From Cenococcum geophilum (taxonomy: Eukaryota): 64,000 nucleotides of DNA. Location: the NCBI GenBank assembly GCA_050273025.1, contig CP158635.1, positions 8,370,001 to 8,434,000 on the forward strand, written 5' to 3'. The notes below the pieces were generated by a model. That model was not told where the DNA came from, searched no databases, and worked only from the letters and a program-made list of their open reading frames with translations. The position numbers were made by a program, and so were the translations under genes. The first letter of the stretch is position 1. Each line of letters opens with the position of its first letter. Shown one piece after another: positions 26,062-39,999 of this stretch.

Positions 26062-28014
26062 GGTTCACTATGTCCTAGCTAGGCCTTACCAATTAACTGC
26101 TATACTGTTATTTCCCATATCTTGGCCATCCCCCGTGTGCTATCTCTTGTTTAACCATTGCCATATACGCCATACCTCCCCCCCCCTAGGGCCTATTAAA
26201 GGCGTAAGGGGGATTCATTCGTTCTAACCACCTAATACTAAACGGCGAGTGGGATGTGTGTATGTATACTCCAGGTATCTTTTATACCTAGGCCCCGGTT
26301 ACTAGGCCCTCTCTAAGGGTTACCACTCCGTTAAGAGGAGACGAGGAAAACCATATCTTATAATCCAGCTGCCAGTTAGTACGGCAGTAAGGCGGCAAGT
26401 GACCGCATGCTCCGCGGGCGATCGCCCTAAGGGTTAGGAGGGGCCGTATATTTACTCGTTGCTCGTTTGCAATTACTCGTTCGTTAATATAAGGTCGTTA
26501 ATACTTTCTGTTAGGGGTTAGGGGATACTATTAAATGCTGTATATCCATGTTGGATTATATAGGTGCTTAGTAGGGGAACAGTAATAGCTGTATTGTAAA
26601 GGGGTACCGTCTATAGTAGTTTTCGAGATCTCACTATCCCATGTGAAAACTTTTCACTACGCCCTACAACGCACACAACCACCACCAGGCCCACCAGCAC
26701 GCGCTGTGCGACGTCTCTGCGTTGGCTCTAGATCTGAACTTCGAAGACTAGGTTCGTAGCCGTCACCACGTACAGGTGCAGAGTCCGGTTTTGACGGCCA
26801 ATTAAATTATATAGTAACTTATAAAGTAGTATATAAACTAATTTATATTACAGCGCTAGTAGAAACTAGTAGATTATAGCTAGTAGATATTAGTAGATTA
26901 TGGCGGATAATTATAGATAGTTTTATAGTTTTATATAGTTGCCGTTATATAACTATAGGATTATATATAACGTTCGAGCAGCGCTACCCTTTATTTCTTT
27001 TCCTTTCTCTAGCTTTAGATCCTTATTTATAGACTACTAATTGTATAGGCTTACGCGTCCCTCTTACTATACTTGTGCCTTAATTAACTAAGTCACTAAT
27101 AATTTAGCTACTACTACCTTTACTTATTACCTATACCTACGCCTATAGAGCTATATTTTATATATAGTAGGCAGTAATTACTTATTAGTTTTTTAGTAGA
27201 AAATTAATATTATATAGCCCTACCTTTTAATAAACTTATAGATATTATTAAAAGTAAGGCTTATATAATTATATAGCTTTAATAGAGGTAGATTAAAAGC
27301 TATAGTAGATATAGGAAAAATAGAGTAGATATAAGGTATTAATTTAGATATAGGTATATAATAGTTACTCGCGGATATATATAATATTTTAATGTAAAGA
27401 GGAAGGATCTAAGTTTATTTAGGTAGGTAGTATATATATATTATTTAGAGGGTATATATATTATTATTATTAATTCTTATTTTACGTCTAATACGGTTCT
27501 CTTATAAGTCTATATAGACTACTACCATAATATAGATATAAAAAACCTCCGTAGGGAGACGTAAGGGGTAGTACTTTAGATAGTATCCATACTATATTAA
27601 CGGGAGAAAAAGTACCTTTAGGTTGCTACTCTAAGACTCCTATACGCGTACGCGTACGGGAGTATTCTAATTGCCTATCTTACCCTATCTACCGCTTATA
27701 CTATACTTCTTAATAAAGTTAAATTGCCGTATAGTTTTATATGCCTACCCCTTACTCCCCTAATTGCCCTATATATATACGCCTAGGTCCTTCTACTTAT
27801 AGTATAATTTCTACCCTAAAGAAGCTAGCGGGACGAATATAGAACTAAGTATCTTATCCTAGGGCCCTAACCTAGGTCCCCTATATATATCCGCAGCTAA
27901 AGATATAGAGGAAGACGAAATACTATATAGGTAAGTCTAGGCTATTAGGTAAGATAGGGAATAAGAGGCTTATTATAGACTTCCTAAGGCGTATATATAT
28001 ATATTTAGCCACTA

Positions 28015-28190
28015 TACCATATACGTTCGGTTACACCGTATACGTTTAGTCTATACGCGTTCGGTTATATACCGTTACGCTTAGTTACAGCCGTATATAT
28101 TTAGTCCGTATACTTTCGGTTACGCCGTATACGTTCAGTTACAGCGCCGTGCTGTATAGGTTTTACTGTATATATAGTTATATACCGTAC
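28015..28190. repeat. Degenerate short tandem repeat (CCGTATACGTTCGGTTACA-like)
   Basis: Several imperfect ~13-20 bp units seen directly. Confidence 0.6.
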
Positions 28191-28556
28191 GAAAGGGAGA
28201 AAGGGGTAACGCTGGTTTAGATGCCGTGGTTTAAGTATACTAGACTTATATAAAAAGACGTAGTAGTGCTCGTAGGCCTCCGCTAGGGCTCACCCTCCCA
28301 GTAAAGACTTCTTCGCACCACCACGTCGCAGCGCCGGCGCTGCGCAGCCGTACGTACGTCTCTGCGTTTACTCTAGTAGTCTATTAGCACGATCTAGATA
28401 GAACGCTAAAAGCTATATACTAGGAAGAGGGTATACAACTAGCAGGGCCAAAATTTGATGGGGTGCCAAGAAGATCTGCAAATATTACAAATATCGCCAA
28501 TACTCGCCAATACTCGCCAATATTGATTAGTAACAATATTGATCAATATTATTGGC

Positions 28557-29157
28557 TTACCTCAGAAGCTTAGACTAAGAAATCGATTGCGCTGGCGCGC
28601 TAATCTCCTTCGGATATTTGATCGATTTCTTAGTCTGAGGTACTTTGGCGAGATTTATATGGAAACATAAGCACTTTTAGTAAGGAAAACTCACAAACCC
28701 TAACAAAATTAATCAACATCCCCATAACATATTTTAAGGTAAAAATTATATTAAATTACTTAGGAGATTAAGCTCTATAGATTATGAGATTTTAGGCTTT
28801 TTATATTTTTATATAGGCCCGTACGGGCCTATACAAAAAGTGCTTATGCTTTTAATAATAGGAATTTTAACTTTAACGAAATTAATCTTAGATTCGGGAG
28901 GGGATAATGCAATTTAAAGCCCTTTAATATATAAAGTAGCGCCCTAAAATTTATGTATTAACTTTTAGAGACTTTATTTTATTATATTATGGAGGAAATC
29001 CCCTTATAAAATTGCCAAAACTAAGATTTTTGCTTATGCTTTTAACAAAACTCGCCAAACGCTCTCAGACGTGATTTTGGTGGATGTTAGTCAACTTGTT
29101 GACGGGCCGAAGGAATATCCGCTCCAATCAAATTCACGTCTGAGCTCGCTGAGGTAA
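28557..29157. mobile_element. MULE-type MITE
   Basis: Ends TTACCTCAGAAGCTTAGAC and GTCTGAGCTCGCTGAGGTAA, with long imperfect TIRs (~125 bp). Exact 9-bp TSD ATTATTGGC (28548-56 and 29158-66). Confidence 0.85.
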
Positions 29158-29856
29158 ATTATTGGCAGTATTAATATTGAAAACCACGCTGAGTCGAAGC
29201 TGAAAATTCCGGCTCAACACAGACAAACCAACAAGTTTTCCATACCCAGTGCTGTTAGACCGCTACACTGTCCCCCAAAGGGTTCAGTCGAGAAATCTGA
29301 TAATGACAAATTGACCCGCTGACCATATCACAGAACTTCTGCCATTGGGTTAGGCGATCGTGGCTCCTTTTTCTCACCAGTTCTACAGCTCTGCCAACGC
29401 ACAAGCTGCAAACTTCAGCCCTCCTTCACCGTATTGCAATCATGTCGCTCTTGCTTCTGCACATCCTTGGCAAATCAAATGTCTGCAGACTTGGGACTAC
29501 TCCTAAGATCGGTACAGATGGCATTTCTGAACTCGTTTCAGCTCACTGTGGTGTTGGTAGATGTGCCCCGTCGAAAGCTTCCTCATGAAACATCTAGTGG
29601 CCAACCGAGCATTGAATGAGCGTTGTCCCATTGTGGAGGATTCATGCTTGGCCCATCTTGTCTTGGTTGGAGTTTGGGCTGGGCTGGGTAAAGCGATGTG
29701 AGGAGATGCTACTTAACACAAGCATCCGCCTCTCCGTTTTGGGGCGATGCATGTGTGCTATATCGCCCTGTCTCTCCGCCAATAAATTTACATCGTTGGG
29801 AGCCAGCAGAAATACCGAGCACTTCCCTTCGACCTTTGTATAGGTGTGCCGTCGTC

Positions 29857-31749
29857 ATGCACTTAACTTCATGCTTCTTATGGATTGGCTTTCTTGCCAA
29901 AATTGCATCTACCTATGAATCTGAAGCACCTGATGAAGAAATATCCTCTCTTGAAACCTTTACCACTAACTTCGTAGAGGAAGCGGTGCCGGAGGAGGAC
30001 GACCACATCTACGGATTTGATGTCATATCAGCCCCAGTTGAAAACCTAACAACAGAAGAACTCATCGACAGTCAGGCTCTGCAGCTTCAACTATTCGCGG
30101 ACATTATCACCAATTATCCACCACCAACACCGGATCATGGGGAGTCCGTAACGCCTCCCGTTATACCTTTCTGCCCGAACGAAACTGAGCTCGGTCCGCT
30201 GAGGAAACGGTATAATGTGCTCAGCCATATCTTCGGTGGCGGAGGTCGACCCCCTATGCCGGATCTACGCCCCTGTACTCCGACGAGCCTTAACATCGAT
30301 GTATATGTGCATTATGTCGGTCAGACAGGCAAAGCAATCCCATCGAACCTGGATATAAGAGTACGAAACCAGGTAACCACAAGAATGATGCTGCTCTTCT
30401 ATTAGGATTTGGACTAAGTCTTAGTATTCAGTTGAAACATATGAATTATGTCTTCAATGCTCAAAGGATCTTCTTACACCTCCGGTCACACGTCTACTAT
30501 TGGGAGGACGACAAGTTCTCGAAGCATGTGAAACACGCTCCAACGAATGACTTGTTCTTCATTGAAACACGGATTCCCGGCCCAGACGTCCTAAATATTT
30601 GGATCGTTGACACCCTTGTTGTACTAAGGGGGGAAGGGGAGAAACCGCAGGAGTTGAAAGGGGTAAGTCCATCTACCAATTCCTATCTTGAGTGTAGCTA
30701 TAGCGCTATCTTCCATGTCTTTTCAGTTATGTTCTGCAATTACCATTCCTCCCTGCTAGCACGGAACTTTTCGAAACCGTGTGCAAGGGAGGAGGAACTC
30801 GCTGTATCGGATGTCAGTTGACTCTCAACCCTTCTAGTACGCCGGTTTTCCATGTGAGAGAAATTTCAACAAAGACGGCATTATCTTAGCATTAAAATGG
30901 TTGCGTGGTTTTAAAACTACCGCATCTCCAAAATTTCCTTTTCCGAAGGGAGACACCGCGATACACGAAACGGGACATTGGATGGGCTCGCTTCATACCT
31001 TCGGCGATACCGACTGCATTACCGACGATGGGCTCATGGGCACCGCTTGGACATCCAACAAAATATTTACTTCTGACGAGTCAGGCGACGTGTACAGCTG
31101 CAAGCAGAAGCTCTGCAATTCGAAGACTAACGAACGTCTTATGATTAAAAATTGGATGAGTGTTAGTCCACCCATTTATACATTTCATGTCGTATCATTC
31201 ATTGAGCGCTGACCTTTTTACCCTGTTTCCCAGTATTCCTCCTGCAGAGGTCAAAAAAGTGTAGAAAACCTGGAGACATCTCTGTTAGCCTTCACGCCGG
31301 ATCAACAAGCCCGCATGTGAGACCACTTCCTCAGATACAGAAGCGGTCTGAACGTCAAGCCTGACTGGTGCCCATTGACCAAAAGATCACTACCTTCAGA
31401 AACAAATGCGACATTTTCCTTACTAGGTGAGCTATTGGTCAACGACTGCTCGACCAAGTTAGTTTTGGCGAACGACACTATCACCGTAAAAGATGGTAGC
31501 ACCGTCCTTCCCCCGGTCGGTGATACAAGTCATCCACCTGAAGCCAAATCCGGAGATCGGAGATCAAGACATCCCCACATGTCGTCCACCACAGAGTCAC
31601 CCGTCATTAGCAGTGCGAACTATGAGCAGGATATCTCAGACTATCCGACGCCTGCGCCATCCGAAAGCTCGCCCATTACTTCGACAACTAGTGAGGAACA
31701 CTCGTTGCGTAGACGGGGCAGAACTGCGAGAGAGCGGTCCGAATTATGA
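29857..31749 (+). CDS. Secreted metzincin metalloprotease, peptidase M43 (pappalysin/MEP1-like); 4 exons; in-frame TGA at 31318-31320 (truncated allele or pseudogene)
   Basis: Exons 29857-30372, 30432-30662, 30838-31161, 31234-31749, with GT-AG phase-0 introns. Signal peptide MHLTSCFLWIGFLAKIAST, acidic pro-region with LRKR, LKGYAGFP, HETGHWMGSLH zinc motif, NWMSY Met-turn, FTPDQQARM. Confidence 0.88.
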
Positions 31750-32029
31750 GGCTGACCGTTTCCATACCGTCATTTCCTAAACGAAGCGAGGAATTGGAAT
31801 AATGGCGTCGGGATTGTTGTATCTGTGTACTACCTGTCCCTACATAATGGTTTGTGCTGGCGCCTCTTCGCTATGGTTTTAAAGCTCATTGCGGGGATAC
31901 CATGTTTTTCTTATTGGCCTTTGTATAGCTACGCTAATGCAAAGCGTTCGACGTGGCGGATAATTTCGTTTTACCTCGCACGCGATTAACGTAGTCTAGC
32001 GCTTAACCTTTGGCTCAGCCGATAAGATA

Positions 32030-32812
32030 CAGGCTTGCCAATCATTCAATTCAATTCAATTGACGCCTCGAGTTGGTTGAATTGAAAGCTTTGTAAGCGG
32101 AGGGCTCAATTAAATAAATAAATTAAATCAATATTGCAACGGTTACAACTAAATTCAACTAACGTAGTAGTTAGTAACTATTACGAGTCTTGGCATGGTG
32201 TTAATGCAGGAGGACCTACCTAGCAACACCTAGATCGTTTTCTGCCAGCGTTTCTTTCGCCCCTACCCTTAATATAGGCCTATCGCGAGTCTTAGCATAA
32301 TATTGAGTCACCTTCCTACCGTATATGTCCTGTTCACTCCTTTTACGGGTGCTTTAACTATCCATCTACTATATTAATTATACCTTCCTTATCCCACTAT
32401 CCTACCGCCATTAAAGCTCCAATTATATTAGGTCGTAGTTATGCGCGATTAGTAGTAAGGAGTAAGCCCGTAAGGCTAAATATATGTTTAGGGTCTAACG
32501 ATATTAGTGGAATTATCAGTAAATCAAGAGCCATGCGAGCAGCAGAAAAGGTTAAGGTATTATCTAACGCGTTAAAAGCTATAGGGCGAATCTAGTAGTA
32601 AAACTCTGCTTCCCACGAAGACTTTAGCGTTAATATAATAGTATGGATAACGGGTGATGCTCGGGTAAACCTTTTTTAGTAAGGAACACTAATAAAAATA
32701 AGGTTTAGGGCATTACTATATATAAACTTTAGAATATTTCTATAATATTAAAAGCTTTAATATTTTTCAATTAATTCAATATTGAAGCCTCGTTGAATGA
32801 TTGGCAAGCCTG
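32030..32812 (-). mobile_element. Non-autonomous hAT element with a transposase dimerization-domain remnant
   Basis: Perfect 20-bp TIR CAGGCTTGCCAATCATTCAA, 8-bp TSD ATAAGATA. Minus strand de-RIP reads ARMALDLLTIPPMSSDPERVFS. Confidence 0.93.
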
Positions 32813-33439
32813 ATAAGATACGTAAAGTCCGGCTGGATTTGCCAGTTTTTGAGTGACTGTCACCCGTTAATATGGAAAAGGCTTGGTTCTTTCCGGATCT
32901 TGAGCCTACGACCGTACTACGAGACAAACGCTTCCAGAACGAAGAGAAAGCATTATGAGAAATGTGTCAAGAGCGTGACTTTTATGGCACCCCCTTTCCT
33001 TTCCCTCGTCGAGATTGGAGACGTATGCCCTTACTAGCTATCTAGAACTTCTCTGGCCTTACATCAATGCATGTATTAGTCTGCCTCCCTGACACTGCCG
33101 TCTGCTTGGAACTCGACTGGTATTTCAACCATAGTAAACCTCTCTGCACCCAATTTACATTCGTCAGACCCAGTTCTACTTGTTTTTATTCCAATACCCA
33201 CATAGCAAATGCCTGTGCGGCGCCAGTGATCTATTTGGATCGGAGTGGAGCAGATCTGAAGGCAAATCCACTCCGTCCACTAAAATAACGATCTAACGCC
33301 AGGAGCGCTGCGGAGCTCCAGTGTCGACATATGGCACGTGCACAAAGTTAGGTTAAAGCAGAAGTTCTCTTATCTTATCATCACATGACTTCTACGTGAC
33401 ATCACGTGAAGTCACGTGTGTATATATCAGGAACGTACC

Positions 33440-34160
33440 TATATCCCCTTTCTTAATTTCCTTTTCGGCCCCTCTCCCTTACGTACATACTTACTATTAC
33501 TATATTAGGCTTAATTATAACTCTACTAGGCTTAGCTACTACTATATTAGATATAGTACTAGCGTTCTTAGAGCTTTAAAGCCTTAAAATCTACTCTACG
33601 CTACTAAAAATATTAATAGTATATTTACGGTTCGGTTTATATAGCTAAATTAGCTACTAAGTTATAATTTAGCAAGTAGGAGGCCCGTGCGCTCAGCGGT
33701 ATATAGATATTACCCTATATTTAATGCCGATCCTAGATCCTTAGTAATGCTACGCTTTTAATACCTATTAAGCACTATATATAGAGCCAGCTAAAAGCTT
33801 TTTATTTAAACTATAATAGTAAGAATTAGCTATAGGTTAATAGAAACATTCGTGTTTTAAGTTAGGTATTACTCTTATATAAGTACTATACTAAACTTAT
33901 ACTATACTAAAACAAGTCTATAAAGGGCTATAGATAAAGGCTTTAATAGGGCTCTTTAATATCTTATTAGAAGTTAGATATAGATAATATATATAACTAT
34001 TTTAAAGCTTTTCTATTAGCTTAAAGCTATTTATAAACCTAATCTAGTAAGTACTATATCTACTTCCTTACTAACCTTTTAAGCCTATATAACCCGCTTA
34101 GTTTTCTTAATAACCTTAAGCTATAGGGAGCACTATTAAAGCTTATTTTATTAGCTAGCC
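33440..34160. mobile_element. Unclassified RIPed repeat remnant (continues at 47132-47460 after the gypsy insertion)
   Basis: Strong TpA enrichment, split by the TAGCC TSD of gypsy B copy 2. No confidently readable domain. Confidence 0.45.
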
Positions 34161-37100
34161 TATTACGGACCTTATATTAGCAGTAGTATGACTACTAAGA
34201 ATAGACATAAATGGGTTAGTTAAGATAGTATAGGAGGCGCTGGAACCGATTAAGCTATAGGATAAGGGGTAGCCGAGTTACGTAGAAACGTAGGAATATA
34301 GAAACGCGACGTACTAATATACTAACGTATTAATATACTAAACCCTTTACTATAGGGAGGAGTTATATATTTAAGGACATACGGTCTCTATAAATAGTTT
34401 CTCTTTTTTATAGTAAATCTTAGAATATAATTAAAGTTAATCTATTAGGCAATTACTCCACTAGTTATTATTATGTTATTAACTATTCTATACCTATATA
34501 CCCAGCCTATTAATAAGTCTACCGTAGTATTTCCTATAAGGCTTTATTATATATTTACTACTAAGGTTATAGTAAAAGAAGTTAAACAATATGCCACTAA
34601 GGGCAGTAGTTATAACGGCGTTAACGGCAGCAACTATATTAGGATTAAGTAACAACACTAGTATAGTAGATACTAACTTATAGCTAGTTACAGTTAGACA
34701 ATTATAAGCTATAGTTAATTAATTAACAGATAAAAACAGGATATTTAAAGAAAGGATTAATAGGATAGGAGCAGTAAAGATTAAGCTACTATCCATTAAG
34801 TAATTCTTAGGTAAGAAGTTAAAACTTAAAGAATTCCTTATATAGATGCACTTTAAGGTTATATAAGAGGGAGCGAAGCTAGTAACAGCTATAGATTAAA
34901 TAGCCTATATAGGGTTATTCCTAACAGGAAGAGCACTTAAGTAGTTTAAGCCTTATTTTACGGAGATATAGGAAAATGGTATAATAATTACTAACTAAGA
35001 AGTATAATATATATTTACTAGTTAGAACGGGTTTATAAAACGCCTAACGTAAATATTTAGAAACCTAAAGGTAACTACTATAGTGGAACGAAAGCTTTAA
35101 AACCTAGTAGAACAAACTTTAGTAATTAAGTATACGATATAGTTTTAGATATTAGTAATGTAAGTTAAATAGAATAATAAGGCGCTTATGGCATAGTATA
35201 AATAGGGACTTAAAGTAAAAGTTTAGGATGTAATTATCCTAATAGAAGATGCGAATACTCTTAGGGAATTAATTAAGTAAGTAATTAAGATTAATAATAG
35301 GATCTACTAAAGAGAGCAGACTAAGAAGGGTTAGGATAGAGTTTTATAGTTATATAAGGCGTAATAATAGAGTTAAAGTTAAAAACTATAGTATAGCGCA
35401 GAGCTAATAGACCTAAGTAGTACTAAAAAAATAAGAAATAAAATAAAAAACTATAGAAACCCAGATAATAAGGATTAAGTAATTAAAGGTTTAAAAAGTA
35501 GAGGCTAAACTAGGGATTTTAGTAGTAGAAGATATTTAGGCGGACTTTATAGCAAGAAAAATAGTTTAAAAAAGGGGCTTATATAAATTGCAGAAAATAA
35601 GGTTATTACGTTAAAGACTATAAAAGTAGTTAGAGTTATTATATAGTAAAAGGGATAAAACTAGTAGAAGATATATATATATATAAAGGGATAATAGTAT
35701 ACTATAAGGAACTAAAGAGTGTTTAATTAAGAGTTTCGCGTTTTATTATAAGGACGCATACTAAATTTATAAGGACGCTAAATATAGCGCAAGCTATTAG
35801 CTATAGGAGCTAAAATTATTAGAATTTAGAGGAACTAACAAACTATTTTATAAATTGGATATTAAAGACGATAAATTTAATATAGGCAAAATATTTAGTA
35901 ACAATAAGGTAATAAAAGTAGCTTACTAGAAGTATATAGACCTTAGAGATATTATAAAAGAGGTAAAAGATAATTCTATTATAGAACAGGGAACATTAGT
36001 AGGGATTAAGACCCCGCTAGATATAATATCTATTGCTTTATAAGACGAAAGAAAAGTAAAATAGTGAACTACTCTGGCACTTAATAAAGGTAAAAGGCTA
36101 AAGGCTTAAGACTCTTAGGAAGAGATAAGAGATACTTAAGATTTCTAAGACGGGATAAAATAAGCTTAAGGACCTATAATAGACGACAACCAATAGAGTA
36201 GAGTAACGGCTTAGTTTAGTAATATATAAATAAGCTTAGGATGAAGTTTCTTAAAGGTATAAGGTTCTTAAAGCGAGATAAGTAAGATTTAAGATTTTTA
36301 AGACGAGATAAAAATACTATAGAAGCCTAGTTAGACTAAGGCTAGGGCTAAGCTTAAAAAAGAAGTAAGCTTAGGATTAAGAATTCTATAGGACTAAGAT
36401 TTTTAAACGCGAATAAGGACTATTAAATAAACTAAGATTAAGAAGTAAGAAGACTTTAAGGATTTACTTATAAGGCGAAAACTAAAAGAAAATATAGGGG
36501 AATTTAGATAAAGAATCCTTATATAGTAAAAATAGAAACTAGACTAGAGATTTAGTATACTAGGTTATATAAGGGATAGGGTACCTATATAAAGAATTAC
36601 TAATAGACCTAAGATAGGTATACTAAGAGCTAAGTAGCTTACTAAACTAAAAGATAAAGAGGATTTAGGGATTTTTACTAGGTTCGAAGAACGATAAATA
36701 AAAGGCTGTTATAATATAGTAATAAAAAGATACTTCCTTATAGACAAGCCGTATATACTCTAATAGCTATACTAAAAGTAGTATAGGCAGCGATATAACA
36801 ACGAGTAGGAAGATTTTTATATATAGTTAGATAAGCAAGTTATCTAGGACTACCCTATTATAAAAAAGGCAATAAGTTATATTAAAGGAGCCTTAATTAT
36901 AATATTAAAAGATTTAAAGGAATAATTAGAGGACTAGAGAAGTAAGAGGTAAATCTTAGTACCTATAAATAAAGTCACAACGTTTAGATTAATACGGTAA
37001 AGGTTTAAACTTAAAGATAACGATAAGTTAAGAGTTAACCTAAAGTACCTAGTATATTATACGCTATTATAGATTATATATATAGATAATATATACGATA

Positions 37101-39999
37101 TATATAAAAATCTATAATAAAAAAAAGGAAGTACCCTATAAGAATATATTAGGCGCTAAATAAGTAATAGTATAAAAATGCTAAGTATATATACAAATAA
37201 TATCTAGTAGAAGTTTAGGAGTTAAGAGATTTAATACTTTAACTAGAACGATTCCTTATGGAGGAGTACTTAGATGGATAATAGTAGTAGAAATGCCTAG
37301 AAAATATATATCTATAATATATAGAAGATAAAAAGCGAACTAGGTATTAGCTAAAGAGCAAGCCAAGTATAATAGGATTAAGCAGCTAATAGTTAGGAAA
37401 AGTGGAGGCCTATAGAACTAAAGGGAGCTAGTAGTAGAGCCTTAGACCCTTAAAGGAATTTAAGAACAATACCTAAATTTATAAGTTAATTAGTAAGATT
37501 AATAGTTTAAAGTACTAATAGATAGTAGAGCAATATAGAACTATATCTTACTAGTAGTAGTAAATAGAATAGGATTACCTTATAGATAGAAGGAATAATT
37601 TTACCTATTAGTTATAATTTTAGAAGATCCAATAGCCTATAGAGGAGGTATTATTAATCTTGAAATAGGACCTATTTAGATAACTATTAAAGGGAGACGA
37701 ATTAAGATATCTTTTAATATCCTACTATTAGGACGAGATAAGGCAGTATTAGGTATACCTTAGTTATAGGAATATAATTTAAAGATTAATTAGGTTATAG
37801 GTTAGGTTAATATTAGGGATACTTAATAATATAAAATGCGATAACAGACTAAGTTAGTATAGTACTAAGTTAGAGCGATATATAAAGAGACTAAACGAGG
37901 CTTAAGTTATATACTAAAGAAATACTATAAGTATAGTAAGAAACTATAGAGCCTAAAAAGTAAAAAGTTAGCGGATTATATAGTATAGGACTATAAAATA
38001 GAGTTAGAATTAGAAATAAGTTTAAGGTTCTTTCTAACCTATAAGCTTACTTAAAAAAAGTTAAAAGCACTTAAAGAGTTTATTTAGAAAAACTTATAAA
38101 AGGGATATATTAGACTATTATAGTTATTAGCAGGATATCTAGTATTATATGTACTAAAGAAGAACGGAAAACTTAGGCTATATATTAACTATAGATAGTT
38201 AAATAGCATTACTTAAAAGGATAGGTATCCTTTACCCTTAATTAGCAAAATCTAGAACTAGATAGGTAATGTGTAAATCTTTATAAAGATAGATCTAAGA
38301 TAGGCGTACTATTAGATTAGAATTAAGAAAGGCGATAAATAGAAGGCAGCCTTTAGGTTAAAAGAAGGACTATATAAGCTATTAGTTATATAATTTAGAT
38401 TAATAAATATACTAGTAATATTTTAGAAAAGAATTAATAGTGTATTAGGAGAACACCTTAATATTATTATTATCTACTTAATAACAGAGGAAGAGTGTGG
38501 AGAATACGTTAAATAGGTTTTAAGGAGACTATAAGAAGAACAAATACTAGTAGTAATTAAGAAATGCGAGTTCTTTACTAGGAAGACCGATTTTGTTAGA
38601 TTTATTATTAAACTAAGTTATATTAGTATGGACCTAAAGAAAATTAAAGCTATAGTAAATTAGTAAGAACTAGAGAATGTAATGTAGTTAAGGTTATTCC
38701 TAGGGTTTTGCAACTACTATAGAAGGTTTATAGCATAGTAGTTAAAGAATATTAAACTATTTACTAGGCTTATAAAGAAAGAGGAATTATAGGTATAGGA
38801 AGATAAATAAAAGGAGCTGTTTAAAGAACTTAAGAAGCTATTTGCCTAGAAGCCAATCCTTAAAATTTATTAACTAGGGCTAGATACGGTTATAGAAACG
38901 GATATATTAGACTTTATACTAAAAGTATATTTACTATAAAAATATAGGAATATATAGCACCTAGTGGTATACTATAGTTAAAAGATAACACCACTAGAGT
39001 TAAACTATAACATCTATAATAAGAAGTTATTAGGTATAGTTATAATACTAAAGAAATAGAGAGTATTCTTATAAGGCGTAAAGAAACTATTTATAGTTAA
39101 GACGGACTATAAGAACCTAACGGGGTTCTTAATAACAAAAGAACTTAATTAAAGATAAGTTAGATAGGCAGAGATGCTTATAGAATACTATTTCGAGATT
39201 TAGTATACTAAAGAAACTAAAATTATAAGAGTAGATATACTAAGCAAAAAAGCTAAACTATAGAATAATAAGAAACTATTAGGGGTAATGCTACGCAGAG
39301 ATAAGGATAGATTAATTAGATATAATTACCTTAAGCTAGTAGTAACTTAAGAGGATAATAAACTAGAAAGAGTCTATAAAATACTAGAAAGCTTTTAGGT
39401 ATAAAGAATCCTAAAAGTATAGCTAGAAGATCTATAAATAGATATATACAAAAATTAAGAAGCGAAGTATATCCTAAAGAGTATAGCAGAGCATTTTATA
39501 GAAGATTTCTATAAGGAAATAATTTAAGGACATAACGGAGCAATAGGCTTAGTATTAAGACTTTAAAAAGAATATATTATTAATAGAATTTAGGGTATAG
39601 CTAAAAAAGTAATAAAGGAGTGTCTAAATTACTAAAGAAATAAACTAATAAGGTATAAGCCGTATAGAGGGCTATAACCTATTAAAATACTAGAGAGATT
39701 ATAGGAAGTTATATTATAGGACTTTATTATTAAGTTACTAAAGTTAAGAGATTTTATTACTAGGCAGAAGTATAACGCAATTCTTATAATAGTAGATAAG
39801 TTAACTAAGAGGCCGTTCGGTTGCAAATCAGCTCTATATTATATTTGTTCAATCCGTGCGCCTTTTAGTGTCATCCGTTTTGTAATTAGTGGCGGCTACT
39901 ACCGCGGCCCATTTAAATATGTAATTGAGTCGATCATTTAGTAGCCTCTATATAAGGCTCCAGATTTAGCTTCGCATAATCCGTAATTAACGTTTATAA

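Larger units (their letters stand above)
11086..29191. mobile_element. Putative old TIR DNA transposon expanded to ~18 kb by nested insertions
   Basis: Left end CAGCGTGGGTTTCAATA (11086), right end TATTGAAAACCACGCTG (29191). GCCAATA/TATTGGC subterminal repeats occur at both ends. The 11-bp flanks AGTCGAACTTG and AGTCGAAGCTG match at 9/11. Confidence 0.6.

Noticed and set aside
29698..29856. Upstream start of the 235-aa ORF
   Set aside because: ATG 29857 gives a signal peptide. The upstream extension is unnecessary.
30497..31780. Short overlapping ORFs around the M43 gene
   Set aside because: Shadow frames of the real exons.
32801..33587. Three 63-78 aa ORFs
   Set aside because: No recognisable domains, and two run into TE or RIPed DNA.
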